Positions 49,172 through 62,800 of a stretch of DNA of 64,000 bases are shown in pieces. The notes under the pieces are model-generated. The model was not told the DNA's origin. It saw only the letters and a list, made by a program, of their open reading frames with translations, and made no database searches. The stretch is from the human T2T-CHM13v2.0 reference genome, Homo sapiens. Position 1 is the stretch's first letter. Each line of letters opens with the position of its first letter. The position numbers were made by a program, and so were the translations under genes. Where the stretch lies: NCBI RefSeq assembly GCF_009914755.1, contig NC_060942.1; one strand, written 5' to 3'.

Positions 49172-50527
49172 CATTCTCAGAAACTTACTCGTGATGTGTG
49201 TACTCAACTAAAGGAGTAGAAACTTTCTTTTCATAGAGAAGTTTTGAAACGCTCTTTTTGTGGAATCTGCAAGTGGATATTTGGCTAGTTTTGAGGATTT
49301 CGTTGGAAGCGGGAATTCATACAAATTGCAGACTGCAGCGTTCTGAGAAACATCTTTGTGATGTTTGTATTCAGGACACAGAGTTGAACGTTCCCTATCA
49401 TAGAGCAGGTTTGAATCACTCCTTTTGTAGTATCTGGAAGTGGACATTTGGAGCGCTTTCCGGCCTCAGGTGAAAAAGGAAATATCTTCCCATAAAAACT
49501 AGACAGAAGCATTCTCAGAAACTTACTCGTGATGTGTGTCCTCAACTAAAGGGGTAGAACCTTTCTTTTGATAGAGCAGTTTTGAAACACTCTTTTTGTA
49601 GAATCTGCAAGTGGATATTTCGATAGCTTTGTGGATTTCGTTGGAAACGGGAATATCTTCATATAAAATCTAGAGAGAAGTATTATCAGAAACTTCCTTG
49701 TGATGGTTGCATTCAAGTCACAGAGTTGAACATTCGCTTTCATAGAGCATGTTTGAAACACTCTTTTTCCATTACCTGGAAGTGGACTTTTGGAGCGCTT
49801 TGAGGCCTATGGTGAAAAAGGAAATATCTTCCCAAAAAAACTAGACAGAAGCATTCTCAGAAACTTATTTGTGATGTGTGTCCTCAACTGACAGAGTTGA
49901 ACATTTCTTTTGAGAGAGCAGTTTTGAAACACTCTTTTTGTGGAATCTGCAAGTGGATATTTGGCTGGCTTTGAGGATTTCGTTGGAAACGGGAATACAT
50001 ATAAAAAGCAGACAGCAGCGTTCTGAGAAACTTCTTGGTGATGTTTGCATTCAAGTCACAGAATTGAACATTCCCTTTGATAGAACAGGTTTGAAACACT
50101 CCTTTTCTCATATCTGGAAGTGTCCATTCGGAGCGCATTCAGGCTTGTGTTGAAAAAGGATATATCTTCCCATAACAACTAGACAGAAGCATTCTCAGAA
50201 ACTAGATTCTGATGTGTGTCCTCAACTAACACAGTTGAACATTTCTTTAGACAGAACAGTTTTGAAACACTCTTTTTGTGGAATTTGCAAGTGGATATTT
50301 GGCTAGATTTGAGCATTTCGTTGGAAACGGGATTACATATAAAAAGCAGACAGCGGCATTCTCAGAAAGTTCTTTGTGATGATTGCATTCAAGTCACAGA
50401 ATTGAACATTCCCTTTCACAGAGCAGATTTGAAACACTCTTTTTGTAGTGTGTGTAAGTGGACATTTGGAGCGCTTTCCGGCCTAAGGTGAAAAAGGAAA
50501 TATCTTCCCATAAAAACTAGACAGAAG
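49172..50527 (+). repeat. 8-mer structural variant (m1 + m14-m20), 1356 bp
   Basis: Same m1-to-m14 junction as 40692-42047, 8480 bp downstream. Confidence 0.94.
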
Positions 50528-53500
50528 CATTCTCAGAAACTTACTCGTGATGTGTGTCCTCAACTAAAGGAGTAGAAACTTTCTTTTCATAGAGAAGTTT
50601 TGAAACGCTCTTTTTGTGGAATCTGCAAGTGGATATTTGGCTAGTTTTGAGGATTTCGTTGGAAGCGGGAATTCATACAAATTGCAGACTGCAGCGTTCT
50701 GAGAAACATCTTTGTGATGTTTGTATTCAGGACACAGAGTTGAACGTTCCCTATCATAGAGCAGGTTTGAATCACTCCTTTTGTAGTATCTGGAAGTGGA
50801 CATTTGGAGCGCTTTCAGGCCTATGTTGGAAAAGGAAATATCTTCCCATAACAAATAGACAGAAGCATTCTCAGAAACTTATTTGAGATGTGTGTACTCA
50901 ACTAAGAGAATTGAACCACCGTTTTGAAGGAGCAGTTTTGAAACACTCTTTTTCTGGAATCTGCAAGTGGATATCTGGCTAGCTTTGGGGATTTCGCTGG
51001 AAGCGGGAATACATATAAAAAGCACACAGCAGCGTTCTGAGAAACTTCTTTCTGATGTTCGCATTCAAGTCAAAAGTTGAACACTCCCTTTCATAGAGCA
51101 GTCTTGAAACTCCCCTTTTGTGGTATCTGGAAGTGGACATTTGGAGTGCTTTCAGGGCTAAGGTGAAAAAGGAAATATCTTCCCATAAAAACTGGACAGA
51201 AGCATTCTCAGAAACTTGTTTATGCTGTATCTACTCAGCTAACAAAGTTGAACCTTTCTTTTGATAGAGCAGTTTTGAAATGCTCTTTTTGTGGAGTCTG
51301 CAAGTGGATATTTGGTTAGTTTTGAGGATTTCTTTGGAAGCGGGAATTCATACAAATTGCAGACTGCAGCGTTCTGAGAAACATCTTTGTGATGTTTGTA
51401 TTCAGGACACAGAGTTGAACATTCCCTATCATAGAGCAGGTTGGAATCACTCCTTTTGTAGTATCTGGAAGTGGACATTTGGAGCGCTTTCAGGCCTATG
51501 TTGAAAAAGGAAATATCTTCCCATAACAAGTAGACACAAGCATTCTCAGAAACTTGTTTGTGATGTGTGCCCTCTACTGACAGAGTTGAACCTTTCTTTT
51601 CATAGAGCAGTTTCGCAACACTCTTTTTGTAGAATCTGCAAGAGGATATTTGCATAGCTTTGAGGATTTCGTGGGAAACGGGATTGTCTTCAGGTAAAAT
51701 CTAGACAGAAGCATTCTCAGAAAATTCTTCGGGATGTTTGCATTCAAGTCACAGAGTAGAACATTCCCTTTGGTAGAGCAGGTTTGAAACACTCTTTTTG
51801 TAGTATCTGGAAGTGGACATTTGGAGCGCTTTCAGGCCTATGTTGGAAAGGGAAATATCTTCCCGTAACAACTAGGCAGAAGCATTCTCAGAAACTTATT
51901 TGAGATGTGTGTACTGAACTAAGAGAATTGAACCACCGTTTTGAAGGAGCAGGTTTGAAACACTCTTTTTGTAGTATCTGGAAGTGGACATTTGGAGCGC
52001 TTTCAGGCCTATGTTGGAAAGGGAAATATCTTCCCGTAACAACTAGGCAGAAGCATTCTCAGAAACTTATTTGAGATGTGTGTACTCAACTAAGAGAATT
52101 GAACCACCGTTTTGAAGGAGCAGTTTTGAAACACTCTTTTTCTGGAATCTGCAAGAGGATATTTGCATAGATTTGAGGATTTCGTTGGAAACGGGATTGT
52201 CTTCAGATCCAATCTAGACAGAAGCATTCTCAGAAACTTCTTTGGGATGTTTGCATTCAAGTCACAGAGTAGAACATTCCCTTTGGTAGAGCAGGTTTGA
52301 AACACTCTTTTTTTAGTATATGGAAGTGGACATTTGGAGCGCTTTCAGGCCTACGTTGGAAAAGGAAATATCTTCCCATAACAACTAGACAGAAGCATTC
52401 TCAGAAACTAGTTTCTGATGTGTGTCCTCAACTAACACAGTTGAACATTTCTTTAGACAGAGCAGATTTGAAACACTCTCTTTGTGGAATCTGCAAGTGG
52501 ATATTTGGCTAGATTTGAGGATTTCGTTGGAAACGGGATTACATATAAAAAGCAGACAGCAGCATTCTCAGAAACTTCTTTGTGATGATTGCATTCAAGT
52601 CACAGAATTGAACATTCCCTTTCACAGAGCAGGTTTGAAACACTCTTTTTGTAGTGTGTGTAAGTGGACATTTGGAGCGCTTTCCGGCCTAAGGTGAACA
52701 AGGAAATATCTTCCTATAAAAACTAGACAGAAGTATTCTCAGAAACTTACTCGTGATGTGTGTCCTCAACTAAAGGAGTAGAACCTTTCTTTTCATAGAG
52801 AAGTTTTGAAACGCTCTTTTTGTGGAATCTGCAAGTGGATATTTGGCTAGTTTTGAGGATTTCGTTGGAAGCGGGAATTCATACAAATTGCAGACTGCAG
52901 CGTTCTGAGAAACATCTTTGTGATGTTTGTATTCAGGACACAGAGTTGAACGTTCCCTATCATAGAGCAGGTTTGAATCACTCCTTTTGTAGTATCTGGA
53001 AGTGGACATTTGGAGCGCTTTCCGGCCTCAGGTGAAAAAGGAAATATCTTCCCATAAAAACTAGACAGAAGCATTCTCAGAAACTTACTCGTGATGTGTG
53101 TCCTCAACTAAAGGGGTAGAACCTTTCTTTTGATAGAGCAGTTTTGAAACACTCTTTTTGTAGAATCTGCAAGTGGATATTTCGATAGCTTTGTGGATTT
53201 CGTTGGAAACGGGAATATCTTCATATAAAATCTAGAGAGAAGTATTATCAGAAACTTCCTTGTGATGGTTGCATTCAAGTCACAGAGTTGAACATTCGCT
53301 TTCATAGAGCATGTTTGAAACACTCTTTTTCCATTACCTGGAAGTGGACTTTTGGAGCGCTTTGAGGCCTATGGTGAAAAAGGAAATATCTTCCCAAAAA
53401 AACTAGACAGAAGCATTCTCAGAAACTTATTTGTGATGTGTGTCCTCAACTGACAGAGTTGAACATTTCTTTTGAGAGAGCAGTTTTGAAACACTCTTTT

Positions 53501-56500
53501 TGTGGAATCTGCAAGTGGATATTTGGCTGGCTTTGAGGATTTCGTTGGAAACGGGAATACATATAAAAAGCAGACAGCAGCGTTCTGAGAAACTTCTTGG
53601 TGATGTTTGCATTCAAGTCACAGAATTGAACATTCCCTTTGATAGAACAGGTTTGAAACACTCCTTTTCTCATATCTGGAAGTGTCCATTCGGAGCGCAT
53701 TCAGGCTTGTGTTGAAAAAGGATATATCTTCCCATAACAACTAGACAGAAGCATTCTCAGAAACTAGTTTCTGATGTGTGTCCTCAACTAACACAGTTGA
53801 ACATTTCTTTAGACAGAACAGTTTTGAAACACTCTTTTTGTGGAATTTGCAAGTGGATATTTGGCTAGATTTGAGCATTTCGTTGGAAACGGGATTACAT
53901 ATAAAAAGCAGACAGCGGCATTCTCAGAAAGTTCTTTGTGATGATTGCATTCAAGTCACAGAATTGAACATTCCCTTTCACAGAGCAGGTTTGAAACACT
54001 CTTTTTGTAGTGTGTGTAAGTGGACATTTGGAGCGCTTTCCGGCCTAAGGTGAAAAAGGAAATATCTTCCCATAAAAACTAGACAGAAGCATTCTCAGAA
54101 ACTTACTCGTGATGTGTGTACTCAAGTAAAGGAGTAGAAACTTTCTTTTCATAGAGAAGTTTTGAAACGCTCTTTTTGTGGAATCTGCAAGTGGATATTT
54201 GGCTAGTTTTGAGGATTTCGTTGGAAGCGGGAATTCATACAAATTGCAGACTGCAGCGTTCTGAGAAACATCTTTGTGATGTTTGTATTCAGGACACAGA
54301 GTTGAACATTCCCTATCATAGAGCAGGTTGGAATCACTCCTTTTGTAGTATCTGGAAGTGGACATTTGGAGCGCTTTCAGGCCTATGTTGGAAAAGGAAA
54401 TATCTTCCCATAACAAATAGACAGAAGCATTCTCAGAAACTTATTTGAGATGTGTGTACTCAACTAAGAGAATTGAACCACCGTTTTGAAGGAGCAGTTT
54501 TGAAACACTCTTTTTCTGGAATCTGCAAGTGGATATCTGGCTAGCTTTGGGGATTTCGCTGGAAGCGGGAATACATATAAAAAGCACACAGCAGCGTTCT
54601 GAGAAACTTCTTTCTGATGTTCGCATTCAAGTCAAAAGTTGAACACTCCCTTTCATAGAGCAGTCTTGAAACTCCCCTTTTGTGGTATCTGGAAGTGGAC
54701 ATTTGGAGTGCTTTCAGGGCTAAGGTGAAAAAGGAAATATCTTCCCATAAAAACTGGACAGAAGCATTCTCAGAAACTTGTTTATGCTGTATCTACTCAG
54801 CTAACAAAGTTGAACCTTTCTTTTGATAGAGCAGTTTTGAAATGCTCTTTTTGTGGAGTCTGCAAGTGGATATTTGGTTAGTTTTGAGGATTTCTTTGGA
54901 AGCGGGAATTCATACAAATTGCAGACTGCAGCGTTCTGAGAAACATCTTTGTGATGTTTGTATTCAGGACAGAGAGTTGAACATTCCCTATCATAGAGCA
55001 GGTTGGAATCACTCCTTTTGTAGTATCTGGAAGTGGACATTTGGAGCGCTTTCAGGCCTATGTTGAAAAAGGAAATATCTTCCCATAACAAGTAGACACA
55101 AGCATTCTCAGAAACTTGTTTGTGATGTGTGCCCTCTACTGACAGAGTTGAACCTTTCTTTTCATAGAGCAGTTTCGAAACACTCTTTTTGTAGAATCTG
55201 CAAGAGGATATTTGCATAGCTTTGAGGATTTCGTGGGAAACGGGATTGTCTTCAGGTAAAATCTAGACAGAAGCATTCTCAGAAAATTCTTCGGGATGTT
55301 TGCATTCAAGTCACAGAGTAGAACATTCCCTTTGGTAGAGCAGGTTTGAAACACTCTTTTTGTAGTATCTGGAAGTGGACATTTGGAGCGCTTTCAGGCC
55401 TATGTTGGAAAGGGAAATATCTTCCCGTAACAACTAGGCAGAAGCATTCTCAGAAACTTATTTGAGATGTGTGTACTGAACTAAGAGAATTGAACCACCG
55501 TTTTGAAGGAGCAGGTTTGAAACACTCTTTTTGTAGTATCTGGAAGTGGACATTTGGAGCGCTTTCAGGCCTATGTTGGAAAGGGAAATATCTTCCCGTA
55601 ACAACTAGGCAGAAGCATTCTCAGAAACTTATTTGAGATGTGTGTACTCAACTAAGAGAATTGAACCACCGTTTTGAAGGAGCAGTTTTGAAACACTCTT
55701 TTTCTGGAATCTGCAAGAGGATATTTGCATAGATTTGAGGATTTCGTTGGAAACGGGATTGTCTTCAGATCCAATCTAGACAGAAGCATTCTCAGAAACT
55801 TCTTTGGGATGTTTGCATTCAAGTCACAGAGTAGAACATTCCCTTTGGTAGAGCAGGTTTGAAACACTCTTTTTTTAGTATATGGAAGTGGACATTTGGA
55901 GCGCTTTCAGGCCTACGTTGGAAAAGGAAATATCTTCCCATAACAACTAGACAGAAGCATTCTCAGAAACTAGTTTCTGATGTGTGTCCTCAACTAACAC
56001 AGTTGAACATTTCTTTAGACAGAACAGTTTTGAAACACTCTCTTTGTGGAATCTGCAAGTGGATATTTGGCTAGATTTGAGGATTTCGTTGGAAACGGGA
56101 TTACATATAAAAAGCAGACAGCAGCATTCTCAGAAACTTCTTTGTGATGATTGCATTCAAGTCACAGAATTGAACATTCCCTTTCACAGAGCAGGTTTGA
56201 AACACTCTTTTTGTAGTGTGTGTAAGTGGACATTTGGAGCGCTTTCCGGCCTAAGGTGAACAAGGAAATATCTTCCCATAAAAACTAGACAGAAGTATTC
56301 TCAGAAACTTACTCGTGATGTGTGTCCTCAACTAAAGGAGTAGAACCTTTCTTTTCATAGAGAAGTTTTGAAACGCTCTTTTTGTGGAATCTGCAAGTGG
56401 ATATTTGGCTAGTTTTGAGGATTTCGTTGGAAGCGGGAATTCATACAAATTGCAGACTGCAGCGTTCTGAGAAACATCTTTGTGATGTTTGTATTCAGGA

Positions 56501-57651
56501 CACAGAGTTGAACGTTCCCTATCATAGAGCAGGTTTGAATCACTCCTTTTGTAGTATCTGGAAGTGGACATTTGGAGCGCTTTCCGGCCTCAGGTGAAAA
56601 AGGAAATATCTTCCCATAAAAACTAGACAGAAGCATTCTCAGAAACTTACTCGTGATGTGTGTCCTCAACTAAAGGGGTAGAACCTTTCTTTTGATAGAG
56701 CAGTTTTGAAACACTCTTTTTGTAGAATCTGCAAGTGGATATTTCGATAGCTTTGTGGATTTCGTTGGAAACGGGAATATCTTCATATAAAATCTAGAGA
56801 GAAGTATTATCAGAAACTTCCTTGTGATGGTTGCATTCAAGTCACAGAGTTAAACATTCGCTTTCATAGAGCATGTTTGAAACACTCTTTTTCCATTACC
56901 TGGAAGTGGACTTTTGGAGCGCTTTGAGGCCTATGGTGAAAAAGGAAATATCTTCCCAAAAAAACTAGACAGAAGCATTCTCAGAAACTTATTTGTGATG
57001 TGTGTCCTCAACTGACAGAGTTGAACATTTCTTTTGAGAGAGCAGTTTTGAAACACTCTTTTTGTGGAATCTGCAAGTGGATATTTGGCTGGCTTTGAGG
57101 ATTTCGTTGGAAACGGGAATACATATAAAAAGCAGACAGCAGCGTTCTGAGAAACTTCTTGGTGATGTTTGCATTCAAGTCACAGAATTGAACATTCCCT
57201 TTGATAGAACAGGTTTGAAACACTCCTTTTCTCATATCTGGAAGTGTCCATTCGGAGCGCATTCAGGCTTGTGTTGAAAAAGGATATATCTTCCCATAAC
57301 AACTAGACAGAAGCATTCTCAGAAACTAGTTTCTGATGTGTGTCCTCAACTAACACAGTTGAACATTTCTTTAGACAGAACAGTTTTGAAACACTCTTTT
57401 TGTGGAATTTGCAAGTGGATATTTGGCTAGATTTGAGCATTTCGTTGGAAACGGGATTACATATAAAAAGCAGACAGCGGCATTCTCAGAAAGTTCTTTG
57501 TGATGATTGCATTCAAGTCACAGAATTGAACATTCCCTTTCACAGAGCAGGTTTGAAACACTCTTTTTGTAGTGTGTGAAAGTGGACATTTGGAGCGCTT
57601 TCCGGCCTAAGGTGAAAAAGGAAATATCTTCCCATAAAAACTAGACAGAAG
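50528..57651 (+). repeat. Two 21-mer HOR units (starts 50528, 54090)
   Basis: Period is 3562 bp. Hybrid monomers start at 51883 and 55445. Confidence 0.95.
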
Positions 57652-59855
57652 CATTCTCAGAAACTTACTCGTGATGTGTGTACTCAACTAAAGGAGTAGA
57701 AACTTTCTTTTCATAGAGAAGTTTTGAAACGCTCTTTTTGTGGAATCTGCAGGTGGATATTTGGCTAGTTTTGAGGATTACGTTGGAAACGGGAATTCAT
57801 ACAAATTGCAGACTGCAGCGTTCTGAGAAACATCTTTGTGATGTTTGTATTCAGGACACAGAGTTGAACATTCCCTATCATAGAGCAGGTTTGAATCACT
57901 CCTTTTGTAGTATCTGGAAGTGGACATTTGGAGCGCTTTCAGGCCTATGTTGGAAAAGGAAATATCTTCCCATAACAAATAGACAGAAACATTCTCAGAA
58001 ACTTATTTGAGATGTGTGTACTCAACTAAGAATTGAACCACCGTTTTGAAGGAGCAGTTTTGAAACACTCTTTTTCTGGAATCTGCAAGTGGATATTTGG
58101 CTAGCTTTGGGGATTTCGCTGGAAGCGGGAATACATATAAAAAGCACACAGCAGCGTTATGAGAAACTTCTTTCTGATGTTCGCATTCAAGTCAAAATTT
58201 GAACACTCCCTTTCGTAGAGCAGTCTTGAAACTCCCCTTTTGTGGTATCTGGAAGTGGACATTTGGAGTGCTTTCAGGGCTAAGGTGAAAAAGGAAATAT
58301 CTTCCCATAAAAACTGGACAGAAGCATTCTCAGAAACTTGTTTATGCTGTATCTACTCAGCTAACAAAGTTGAACCTTTCTTTTGATAGAGCAGTTTTGA
58401 AATGCTCTTTTTGTGGAGTCTGCAAGTGGATATTTGGTTAGTTTTGAGGATTTCTTTGGAAGCGGGAATTCATACAAATTGCAGACTGCAGCGTTCTGAG
58501 AAACATCTTTGTGATGTTTGTATTCAGGACACAGAGTTGAACATTCCCTATCATAGAGCAGGTTGGAATCACTCCTTTTGTAGTATCTGGAAGTGGACAT
58601 TTGGAGCGCTTTCAGGCCTATGTTGAAAAAGGAAATATCTTCCCATAACAAGTAGACACAAGCATTCTCAGAAACTTGTTTGTGATGTGTGCCCTCTACT
58701 GACAGAGTTGAACCTTTCTTTTCATAGAGCAGTTTCGAAACACTCTTTTTGTAGAATCTGCAAGAGGATATTTGCATAGCTTTGAGGATTTCGTGGGAAA
58801 CGGGATTGTCTTCAGGTAAAATCTAGACAGAAGCATTCTCAGAAAATTCTTCGGGATGTTTGCATTCAAGTCACAGAGTAGAACATTCCCTTTGGTAGAG
58901 CAGGTTTGAAACACTCTTTTTGTAGTATCTGGAAGTGGACATTTGGAGCGCTTTCAGGCCTATGTTGGAAAGGGAAATATCTTCCCGTAACAACTAGGCA
59001 GAAGCATTCTCAGAAACTTATTTGAGATGTGTGTACTGAACTAAGAGAATTGAACCACCGTTTTGAAGGAGCAGGTTTGAAACACTCTTTTTGTAGTATC
59101 TGGAAGTGGACATTTGGAGCGCTTTCAGGCCTATGTTGGAAAGGGAAATATCTTCCCGTAACAACTAGGCAGAAGCATTCTCAGAAACTTATTTGAGATG
59201 TGTGTACTCAACTAAGAGAATTGAACCACCGTTTTGAAGGAGCAGTTTTGAAACACTCTTTTTCTGGAATCTGCAAGAGGATATTTGCATAGATTTGAGG
59301 ATTTCGTTGGAAACGGGATTGTCTTCAGATCCAATCTAGACAGAAGCATTCTCAGAAACTTCTTTGGGATGTTTGCATTCAAGTCACAGAGTAGAACATT
59401 CCCTTTGGTAGAGCAGGTTTGAAACACTCTTTTTTTAGTATATGGAAGTGGACATTTGGAGCGCTTTCAGGCCTACGTTGGAAAAGGAAATATCTTCCCA
59501 TAACAACTAGACAGAAGCATTCTCAGAAACTAGTTTCTGATGTGTGTCCTCAACTAACACAGTTGAACATTTCTTTAGACAGAGCAGATTTGAAACACTC
59601 TCTTTGTGGAATCTGCAAGTGGATATTTGGCTAGATTTGAGGATTTCGTTGGAAACGGGATTACATATAAAAAGCAGACAGCAGCATTCTCAGAAACTTC
59701 TTTGTGATGATTGCATTCAAGTCACAGAAATGAACATTCCCTTTCACAGAGCAGGTTTGAAACACTCTTTTTGTAGTGTGTGTAAGTGGACATTTGGAGC
59801 GCTTTCCGGCCTAAGGTGAACAAGGAAATATCTTCCTATAAAAACTAGACAGAAG
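57652..59855 (+). repeat. 13-mer structural variant (m1-m8, hybrid m9/8, m9-m12), 2204 bp
   Basis: After m12, an m13-type monomer (59856) continues into m2/m3 (TTTCAGGCCTATG...AAATAGACAG) rather than m14-m20. Confidence 0.93.
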
Positions 59856-62800
59856 TATTCTCAGAAACTTACTCGTGATGTGTGTCCTCAACTAAAGGAG
59901 TAGAACCTTTCTTTTCATAGAGAAGTTTTGAAACGCTCTTTTTGTGGAATCTGCAAGTGGATATTTGGCTAGTTTTGAGGATTTCGTTGGAAGCGGGAAT
60001 TCATACAAATTGCAGACTGCAGCGTTCTGAGAAACATCTTTGTGATGTTTGTATTCAGGACACAGAGTTGAACGTTCCCTATCATAGAGCAGGTTTGAAT
60101 CACTCCTTTTGTAGTATCTGGAAGTGGACATTTGGAGCGCTTTCAGGCCTATGTTGGAAAAGGAAATATCTTCCCATAACAAATAGACAGAAACATTCTC
60201 AGAAACTTATTTGAGATGTGTGTACTCAACTAAGAATTGAACCACCGTTTTGAAGGAGCAGTTTTGAAACACTCTTTTTCTGGAATCTGCAAGTGGATAT
60301 TTGGCTAGCTTTGGGGATTTCGCTGGAAGCGGGAATACATATAAAAAGCACACAGCAGCGTTATGAGAAACTTCTTTCTGATGTTCGCATTCAAGTCAAA
60401 ATTTGAACACTCCCTTTCGTAGAGCAGTCTTGAAACTCCCCTTTTGTGGTATCTGGAAGTGGACATTTGGAGTGCTTTCAGGGCTAGGGTGAAAAAGGAA
60501 ATATCTTCCCATAAAAACTGGACAGAAGCATTCTCAGAAACTTGTTTATGCTGTATCTACTCAGCTAACAAAGTTGAACCTTTCTTTTGATAGAGCAGTT
60601 TTGAAATGCTCTTTTTGTGGAGTCTACAAGTGGATATTTGGCTAGTTTTGAGGATTTCGTTGGAAGCGGGAATTCATACAAATTGCAGACTGCAGCGTTC
60701 TGAGAAACATCTTTGTGATGTTTGTATTCAGGACACAGAGTTGAACATTCCCTATCATAGAGCAGGTTGGAATCACTCCTTTTGTAGTATCTGGAAGTGG
60801 CCATTTCGAGCGCTTTCAGGCCTATGTTGAAAAAGGAAATATCTTCCCATAACAAGTAGACACAAGCATTCTCAGAAACTTGTTTGTGATGTGTGCCCTC
60901 TACTGACAGAGTTGAACCTTTCTTTTCATAGAGCAGTTTCGCAACACTCTTTTTGTAGAATCTGCAAGAGGATATTTGCGTAGCTTTGAGGATTTCGTGG
61001 GAAACGGGATTGTCTTCAGGTAAAATCTAGACAGAAGCATTCTCAGAAAATTCTTCGGGATGTTTGCATTCAAGTCACAGAGTAGAACATTCCCTTTGGT
61101 AGAGCAGGTTTGAAACACTCTTTTTGTAGTATCTGGAAGTGGACATTTGGAGCGCTTTCAGGCCTATGTTGGAAAGGGAAATATCTTCCCGTAACAACTA
61201 GGCAGAAGCATTCTCAGAAACTTATTTGAGATGTGTGTACTGAACTAAGAGAATTGAACCACCGTTTTGAAGGAGCAGGTTTGAAACACTCTTTTTGTAG
61301 TATCTGGAAGTGGACATTTGGAGCGCTTTCAGGCCTATGTTGGAAAGGGAAATATCTTCCCGTAACAACTAGGCAGAAGCATTCTCAGAAACTTATTTGA
61401 GATGTGTGTACTCAACTAAGAGAATTGAACCACCGTTTTGAAGGAGCAGTTTTGAAACACTCTTTTTCTGGAATCTGCAAGAGGATATTTGCATAGATTT
61501 GAGGATTTCGTTGGAAACGGGATTGTCTTCAGATCCAATCTAGACAGAAGCATTCTCAGAAACTTCTTTGGGATGTTTGCATTCAAGTCACAGAGTAGAA
61601 CATCCCCTTTGGTAGAGCAGGTTTGAAACACTCTTTTTTTAGTATATGGAAGTGGACATTTGGAGCGCTTTCAGGCCTACGTTGGAAAAGGAAATATCTT
61701 CCCATAACAACCAGACAGAAGCATTCTCAGAAACTAGTTTCTGATGTGTGTCCTCAACTAACACAGTTGAACATTTCTTTAGACAGAACAGTTTTGAAAC
61801 ACTCTCTTTGTGGAATCTGCAAGTGGATATTTGGCTAGATTTGAGGATTTCGTTGGAAACGGGATTACATATAAAAAGCAGACAGCAGCATTCTCAGAAA
61901 CTTCTTTGTGATGATTGCATTCAAGTCACAGAATTGAACATTCCCTTCCACAGAGCAGGTTTGAAACACTCTTTTTGTAGTGTGTGTAAGTGGACATTTG
62001 GAGCGCTTTCCGGCCTAAGGTGAACAAGGAAATATCTTCCCATAAAAACTAGACAGAAGTATTCTCAGAAACTTACTCGTGATGTGTGTCCTCAACTAAA
62101 GGAGTAGAACCTTTCTTTTCATAGAGAAGTTTTGAAACGCTCTTTTTGTGGAATCTGCAAGTGGATATTTGGCTAGTTTTGAGGATTTCGTTGGAAGCGG
62201 GAATTCATACAAATTGCAGACTGCAGCGTTCTGAGAAACATCTTTGTGATGTTTGTATTCAGGACACAGAGTTGAACGTTCCCTATCATAGAGCAGGTTT
62301 GAATCACTCCTTTTGTAGTATCTGGAAGTGGACATTTGGAGCGCTTTCCGGCCTCAGGTGAAAAAGGAAATATCTTCCCATAAAAACTAGACAGAAGCAT
62401 TCTCAGAAACTTACTCGTGATGTGTGTCCTCAACTAAAGGGGTAGAACCTTTCTTTTGATAGAGCAGTTTTGAAACACTCTTTTTGTAGAATCTGCAAGT
62501 GGATATTTCGATAGCTTTGTGGATTTCGTTGGAAACGGGAATATCTTCATATAAAATCTAGAGAGAAGTATTATCAGAAACTTCCTTGTGATGGTTGCAT
62601 TCAAGTCACAGAGTTGAACATTCGCTTTCATAGAGCATGTTTGAAACACTCTTTTTCCATTACCTGGAAGTGGACTTTTGGAGCGCTTTGAGGCCTATGG
62701 TGAAAAAGGAAATATCTTCCCAAAAAAACTAGACAGAAGCATTCTCAGAAACTTATTTGTGATGTGTGTCCTCAACTGACAGAGTTGAACATTTCTTTTG

